A DNA stretch of 64,000 nt from Schizochytrium sp. TIO01 (Eukaryota > Protista > Bigyra: Labyrinthulomycetes). The notes beneath the pieces were generated by a model. It was not told the DNA's origin, made no database searches, and saw only the letters and a program-made list of their open reading frames with translations. The position numbers and the translations under genes are program-made. The stretch covers positions 2,227,648-2,291,647 of the forward strand of contig SMSO01000014.1 in NCBI GenBank assembly GCA_004764695.1, in the 5' to 3' direction. Within the stretch, counting starts at the first letter, position 1. Every line of letters begins with the position of its first letter. Below are positions 59,026 to 64,000 of the stretch, one piece after another.

Positions 59026-62000
59026 TTATAGCAAGTCGTCTTCGTCTACTTCCGAGGAGAGTTGGCGCTGCGGAGGGGGGAGTGGAGGTCCATTGCCACG
59101 TTTCGGCGGTGGGGGAGGAGGCCCACCTGCCATCGAGACAGGGGCTCTTGTCTGACGAGCAGGGGGGGCTGGAGGAGGCGGCTGTGGGGGTCCTCCAGAC
59201 ATTGCAGGGATACCGGCAGAATCATAATCATTGCTAGAAGAACGCCCAGACCCACGTTTCTTTGGAGGCGGTGGAGGAGGAGGGCCTCCCAAATTATCCA
59301 CTGGTGAGTGTGATACTTGGTGTGGCGGTGGTGGGCCTCCGTATCCAGCAAGTGGTGCTGCCTGTCGAGGAGCTGGAGCCGGCGGGGGGGCACCAGATCC
59401 AAACGACGGGGGGGCGGGCGGAGCTGCAGGCGGGCCGGACCGTGTGCCAGGACCAGAAGCAGCCGGAACAGCATCCTCTGAATCCCCATACTCTTCTTCT
59501 CCACCATTCCTCCAGTCGGTAACACGTTGATCAGGTTCCACAGGACCCTTGAAGGTCTCTTTAGGCAGGGTAATTTTCGATCTTGGACCATCAAACCAAA
59601 CATCCGAGTTTCCTGGAGCGCGCTGCAACGCAATTTCTTCAATGCTCGGCGCAGAAAGTAACGGGCCACACAATAGCGTGCAGTGAAGCGTCTTGACAAG
59701 CCTAGATCTGCCTGCTCGACGTAAAAAGTGCTCCAAATAGTTCTCCAGCTGAGCTGAGGGTGGGAAGGATGCTAAAAGCATAGCCAAAAGGTTCCAGCCT
59801 CTGGCTTCACTCTCGTCTTTTGGGTTTTCGGTGACTTGCTTCATCACTTGACACATCATCTCGTCGACCAAATCAGGAATTGTCAAACCGGTCTCAATCA
59901 AATCTACAACCAAGCTATCCACATTCTCATAGATTTTGTCTCCCATGATACCAAAGATGTTCTTAAATAACATACATGCTGTCTTATGCAGAGACTTACC
60001 AGTCGGTGTCATTGCACTGGGCTCAATGGTAGTGAGAGAAGTATGTATTTTACCAAATGTCGGCGAATGGAAGTGAAGCATATGTACCTTATACTTGCTA
60101 AAGGTGATACCAAAACGCTTTGCAAACTCTTGCGGAGACTTCAGCTTGGGGAAGTGCTCCAACGCAAAGTTATCAGAATTCTCTTGTGAGTCAAAAAGCA
60201 GGTCTTTGTGTGCTATAGAGACTGCAACTGCGCGTCGGTAGTTCTGCAAAGCTACAGCAGCATCTCGCTGACGAAGCAGCTGCCGGTCGCGAGGTAGTCC
60301 TAAAAACTCGCGAAGAGTGCTAAGCTCTTCAATATTCAAGCGAATTTCCTCGCAGCCATCAACAATTACTCGACAAGGCTCAACTTCTAAGGCATCGACG
60401 GCGATACGTGCTTCTCGTGTCAAGTTCTGTACCCAGCGATATAAAGTACGGGCTTCGGCAACCGTCTTATGGCCTACCATGTCTGCTGACTCGCCCCATC
60501 CACATTCACTCTGCATCACCAGAGCTTCATAAAGAAGTTGCTCGCTCACAGCTTGGATCGCAGCCAAAAGTTTTGATCGAGTCTGTCGAATTTGGGGGAG
60601 AAGGTACTCGGCCTCTGCCACCACATTACGCACGTCTGCATCTGCATGAGACTGGAGGTTCAAAGCACGAGCTTGGTCAAGAGCAGGAGCAAGAGGTTCG
60701 TCATTCACAGCCTGAATTCCTTCTGCAAGTTTACGCACAATTGCATCAACCTGCGCACGCAGAGCCAATTCGCCGCTCACAAGACTCAATTGAGTTTCAT
60801 CAAATGTGAACAGCTCATTGGATCCACCCAAGATAGTTTGACCTTCGCCGACCAGGCGTTCGACAAGCTCCCACTCTGGGTCATCAGCATGCTGTGCGTT
60901 ATCCATCGCTGTAATGATGGCGGAGTAAAGACGCTGGGCCCACTCTCCACGAGCCAAAGCATCAACACCATCAACACTCTCAGGCTGATGATCTTTGAGA
61001 CGAGAGTAAGCTGATTGCAATGCTTTGATGTTTTGTCGGGTAAGAGAAATATCAATGTTATCATTGCCTCCAGAGGGCGCACCCACGCCGCAAGAAGCGG
61101 TTGCTTGCGCCAGTTTTTCAGCCATTTCAACTTCCTCCTCCATACGACCCAAGAGAGTCTCTGCTTTATGCGTTACATCCCGTAGGCGAGATCCCTGGGC
61201 AGATGCCTCCGGAGCACGATGAAGAAGAGCACCGAGCTTAGTCAGAGTTAAATTAGCCGGAACATGGGCGACTTCACTAAGAGCCACACCAAGTTCATGG
61301 AACACCTCTCTCTGTGTACGAAAGTTATCTGCACGTGAGATTAAGTCCACAGCTTCTGGATTTCCCTTGAAAGCAAGAGCATCCCGTTTCATATACCGGG
61401 TCATCTCTGAGCATATGCGGTCTAGCTCATCGTAAAGCTTGTCGTCAAAGCACGCATTACCATCACGTGTACGCGAGAGCAGGTCTTTAATCTTTGGTGC
61501 CAAGGTGGATTCCAGACGCAACACTTCCTTGACAGCCTCAGCATCGTAAGCTTCCCTTATTTTGAAGAAGAGGCTGCTAGCGTTCGAGATAGCCGTGTCC
61601 AAATCGGCGATGCGTCTCGAATTGATCGCAGATTGAAGCTCCTTCCGAGCCTTCCGGAGATCAGGTACATGCATACGAACATAAGCTCCACGCATAATCT
61701 TTTGAATCTCTGCAGCTGCGCGATTCAAGACACCTAAGCGCTGAATTTCAAGTGCGCGGTGTTGCTCCGCACGATACAAAATCATGGTCTTACCCAGGTG
61801 GCAATCCTTTGCAGCTGGCACAGTCCGAGAAGCCATGCTACGAAGAAGATCCTCCGCAACCTTGCGCCAGCTTTTGGCCTTCCGGGCTGCCATCCAGTCA
61901 GCGTGAGATACAGCAGAAGGTTCAATGCAGCGATATGTTGCAAAGAATCCTTCGTGGGTCTTGCGGAAGGGGTAGCCACGCTTACGAATTGCTACCGCTT

Positions 62001-64000
62001 CAAAGACACCTGCGAATCGAAGCTGCTCGAGACAAGAGGGAGAGTTAAAGATGCCTGGGCGCTTTAATTCATTTGGTTTGACACACCTGATGTATCGGGG
62101 GAAAGTTGCATTTGTACGATCTTCAAGCTGCGAAAGTTGCTTCATGAATGTCGAGGCCTGTGTCTTTTTGACTGTTTGGCCTGTGTCTCCCTTACTAAAA
62201 ATAGTTCGAACAACTTCGGAACTGCTTTCTTCGATTGCGGTCTCGAGGTTTTCATAAAGCTTATCGGCATTTTTATAAACAAAACCAGAAGTCTCATACT
62301 CCACTGCACCAGCATAGTGGAACACTTGGAATGCCGTGCGTGATTTGCAACGGTCGGAGAACAGCGCCCTCTTAGTCGTATGTCTTGAGACAACTGCTTG
62401 AAGAAACTTTTCATCAGTTCCATTGATCGCGGTTTGCTCATCGAGAAGTTGAAAGACACCGTCATGAACCGCTGCAGCGCCCGAAGCACTCATCCCAAGA
62501 AAGGTTAAGAGCGGTTGCGAATCATGGAACTCGATCTTCTCAAAAGGAACCCCCTCATCGATGTAAGTCTGCTCCTCAAGTGTGAAAGTATGTCTGTTGA
62601 ACATCTGCTGGAGTTTCTCATTAGCAAAATTAATGCAGAGTTGTTCAAAGGAATTGATCTCAAATATTTCAAAACCAAAAATATCAAGAAGTCCAATGAA
62701 GCTAGTATCTCCAGATGCTTTCCTTCCAGCAGCTGACACATTCCTGCTGCTTTGGGAACGAAGTGCGACATCCTTGTTGACGAGGAGCGCATGGTTAATA
62801 CGTCTGATAATGTATTCGAACAGGCGGTTGTACAGGTGTCGGGCCAGGGCGTTCCGCGCATCCGAGGCCATCTTTGTATTAAAGGCGCGCTTTAGCAACC
62901 CATCACGCTGTTGAGAAATATGCATGGTGAGGGCAGATGACAGTTTCTCGGAATCAACACTAAGAAGATCACATATTGCTTCAAGGTTTGCTTTTGAACC
63001 TGAGGCAATCTTGGAGCCTGTGCTACCATGCTCTTCAAACTCTACGTTACCCAGATGCAAAATTGCGGCAACATATCTGAAGAGGCCATCAGTTTCAGCG
63101 TCAGAGAACCCCATTTCTTCAAGGGCCTGGTGCATCTTTGCGCACTCCTTTGAATCATCGTGATGTTCGACTCCTACAGTCTGTTGAGGCAGATACTTGA
63201 ACGCCTGCACACTTCCATCAACCTTGTATCGCTTGCGGAGCTCTGGCTTAAATTGGCCAGTAAGGTAGTGGAAAATGTGAAAGTTGCGTTCGCCTTGCGC
63301 CTGATCCACAACACGACTCTTCTCCAAGAGGTAGTTCACAGTGTGGGCTCCAACAATTTGACCAGAGCCACAAGAAGTATCAAAGTGGATCTCCATGAAG
63401 CGACCAAATCGAGAAGAGTTATCATTTCGCACAGTCTTGGCATTACCAAAGGCTTCAAGAATTGGGTTAGCAGCAAGAATCTTTTGCTCAACATTGGATT
63501 CTGACCCTGCTACCTCGGACAAGAACTCAAGGCATACCTTGACCGTGACTGTTTTGCCAGCTCCACTTTCACCACTGATGAGAAGACTTTGGTCCTTGCT
63601 ATCTTCCATCATGGCACGATAAGCGCTGTTGATGACGGCATACGGGTGTGGCGGGAGTTCCATGGCTTCTCGACCAGTCTCAGCATACTTATGCATTACA
63701 CTGGGGGCAAACAAATCAGTTTGCTTAAATGGATTGACAGCTACCAAGATATCACCAACACTAGTATAAATTTTGTCAACTGCGTAACGACGTCGGAGAA
63801 GATCGATAATGGCAGGCTCGTGCACATCATCAAGTTGTACCAAGTCATTCGTGAGGTTTGTTAGTGTCTGTGTGGTCTCGATTTCGGGGCCGATATCCTT
63901 CTTAGTAACACGGCGGCGCTCGAGGAACTCAATACTATCATCGTCTACAGCCAGTGGCTTCTCTGCAACGATCATCTCTGCCGGACCTCGGCGTTCAAGA
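59026..64000 (-). CDS. Unconventional myosin: motor, one IQ, helical repeats, MyTH4 and Pro-rich tail (class IV-like); probably 5' truncated
   Basis: GESGAGKT, LEAFGNAKTVRNDNSSRFG, LLDIFGFE, FEQLCINFANEKLQ, YIRCVKPN, IQKIMRGAYVR and MyTH4 (LVDEMMCQVMKQVTENP...GWNLLAMLLASFPPS). The frame stays open from 63975 to the window edge. Confidence 0.96.
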   Translation of the reverse strand, partial: LERRGPAEMIVAEKPLAVDDDSIEFLERRRVTKKDIGPEIETTQTLTNLTNDLVQLDDVHEPAIIDLLRRRYAVDKIYTSVGDILVAVNPFKQTDLFAPSVMHKYAETGREAMELPPHPYAVINSAYRAMMEDSKDQSLLISGESGAGKTVTVKVCLEFLSEVAGSESNVEQKILAANPILEAFGNAKTVRNDNSSRFGRFMEIHFDTSCGSGQIVGAHTVNYLLEKSRVVDQAQGERNFHIFHYLTGQFKPELRKRYKVDGSVQAFKYLPQQTVGVEHHDDSKECAKMHQALEEMGFSDAETDGLFRYVAAILHLGNVEFEEHGSTGSKIASGSKANLEAICDLLSVDSEKLSSALTMHISQQRDGLLKRAFNTKMASDARNALARHLYNRLFEYIIRRINHALLVNKDVALRSQSSRNVSAAGRKASGDTSFIGLLDIFGFEIFEINSFEQLCINFANEKLQQMFNRHTFTLEEQTYIDEGVPFEKIEFHDSQPLLTFLGMSASGAAAVHDGVFQLLDEQTAINGTDEKFLQAVVSRHTTKRALFSDRCKSRTAFQVFHYAGAVEYETSGFVYKNADKLYENLETAIEESSSEVVRTIFSKGDTGQTVKKTQASTFMKQLSQLEDRTNATFPRYIRCVKPNELKRPGIFNSPSCLEQLRFAGVFEAVAIRKRGYPFRKTHEGFFATYRCIEPSAVSHADWMAARKAKSWRKVAEDLLRSMASRTVPAAKDCHLGKTMILYRAEQHRALEIQRLGVLNRAAAEIQKIMRGAYVRMHVPDLRKARKELQSAINSRRIADLDTAISNASSLFFKIREAYDAEAVKEVLRLESTLAPKIKDLLSRTRDGNACFDDKLYDELDRICSEMTRYMKRDALAFKGNPEAVDLISRADNFRTQREVFHELGVALSEVAHVPANLTLTKLGALLHRAPEASAQGSRLRDVTHKAETLLGRMEEEVEMAEKLAQATASCGVGAPSGGNDNIDISLTRQNIKALQSAYSRLKDHQPESVDGVDALARGEWAQRLYSAIITAMDNAQHADDPEWELVERLVGEGQTILGGSNELFTFDETQLSLVSGELALRAQVDAIVRKLAEGIQAVNDEPLAPALDQARALNLQSHADADVRNVVAEAEYLLPQIRQTRSKLLAAIQAVSEQLLYEALVMQSECGWGESADMVGHKTVAEARTLYRWVQNLTREARIAVDALEVEPCRVIVDGCEEIRLNIEELSTLREFLGLPRDRQLLRQRDAAVALQNYRRAVAVSIAHKDLLFDSQENSDNFALEHFPKLKSPQEFAKRFGITFSKYKVHMLHFHSPTFGKIHTSLTTIEPSAMTPTGKSLHKTACMLFKNIFGIMGDKIYENVDSLVVDLIETGLTIPDLVDEMMCQVMKQVTENPKDESEARGWNLLAMLLASFPPSAQLENYLEHFLRRAGRSRLVKTLHCTLLCGPLLSAPSIEEIALQRAPGNSDVWFDGPRSKITLPKETFKGPVEPDQRVTDWRNGGEEEYGDSEDAVPAASGPGTRSGPPAAPPAPPSFGSGAPPPAPAPRQAAPLAGYGGPPPPHQVSHSPVDNLGGPPPPPPPKKRGSGRSSSNDYDSAGIPAMSGGPPQPPPPAPPARQTRAPVSMAGGPPPPPPKRGNGPPLPPPQRQLSSEVDEDDLL

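Overview
Eukaryotic nuclear DNA: intron-poor and rich in tetranucleotide microsatellites ((ATTC)n, (TACA)n, (GCTT)n, (GTTT)n). The gene content and style suggest a stramenopile protist such as a thraustochytrid/labyrinthulomycete (inference). Twelve protein-coding genes are supportable: a Pumilio/PUF protein (runs off the left edge and is absent from the ORF track), a bacterial-type HDAH zinc deacetylase, a CDK7-like kinase, a large protein with an uncharacterised Cys/His-containing putative DNA-binding domain, a two-exon claudin-like tetraspan protein, an ABCD half-transporter, a SIRT2-type sirtuin, a small acidic helical protein, a full-length tricorn protease, a PX-like protein, an MCT/SLC16-type MFS transporter and a MyTH4 myosin (runs off the right edge). 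A ~23 kb stretch (33.8-56.6 kb) has no credible intact gene and may hold decayed coding relics. The most notable items are the tricorn protease with an intact catalytic tetrad in a eukaryotic chromosome (its stop codon directly abuts that of a convergent gene), the prokaryote-like HDAH, the sirtuin with two candidate N-termini and an extra C-terminal domain, and a possible decayed Crinkler-type NTPase-nuclease gene. No rRNA, tRNA, CRISPR array or intact transposon was recognised, and no multi-gene novel system can be supported from sequence alone.
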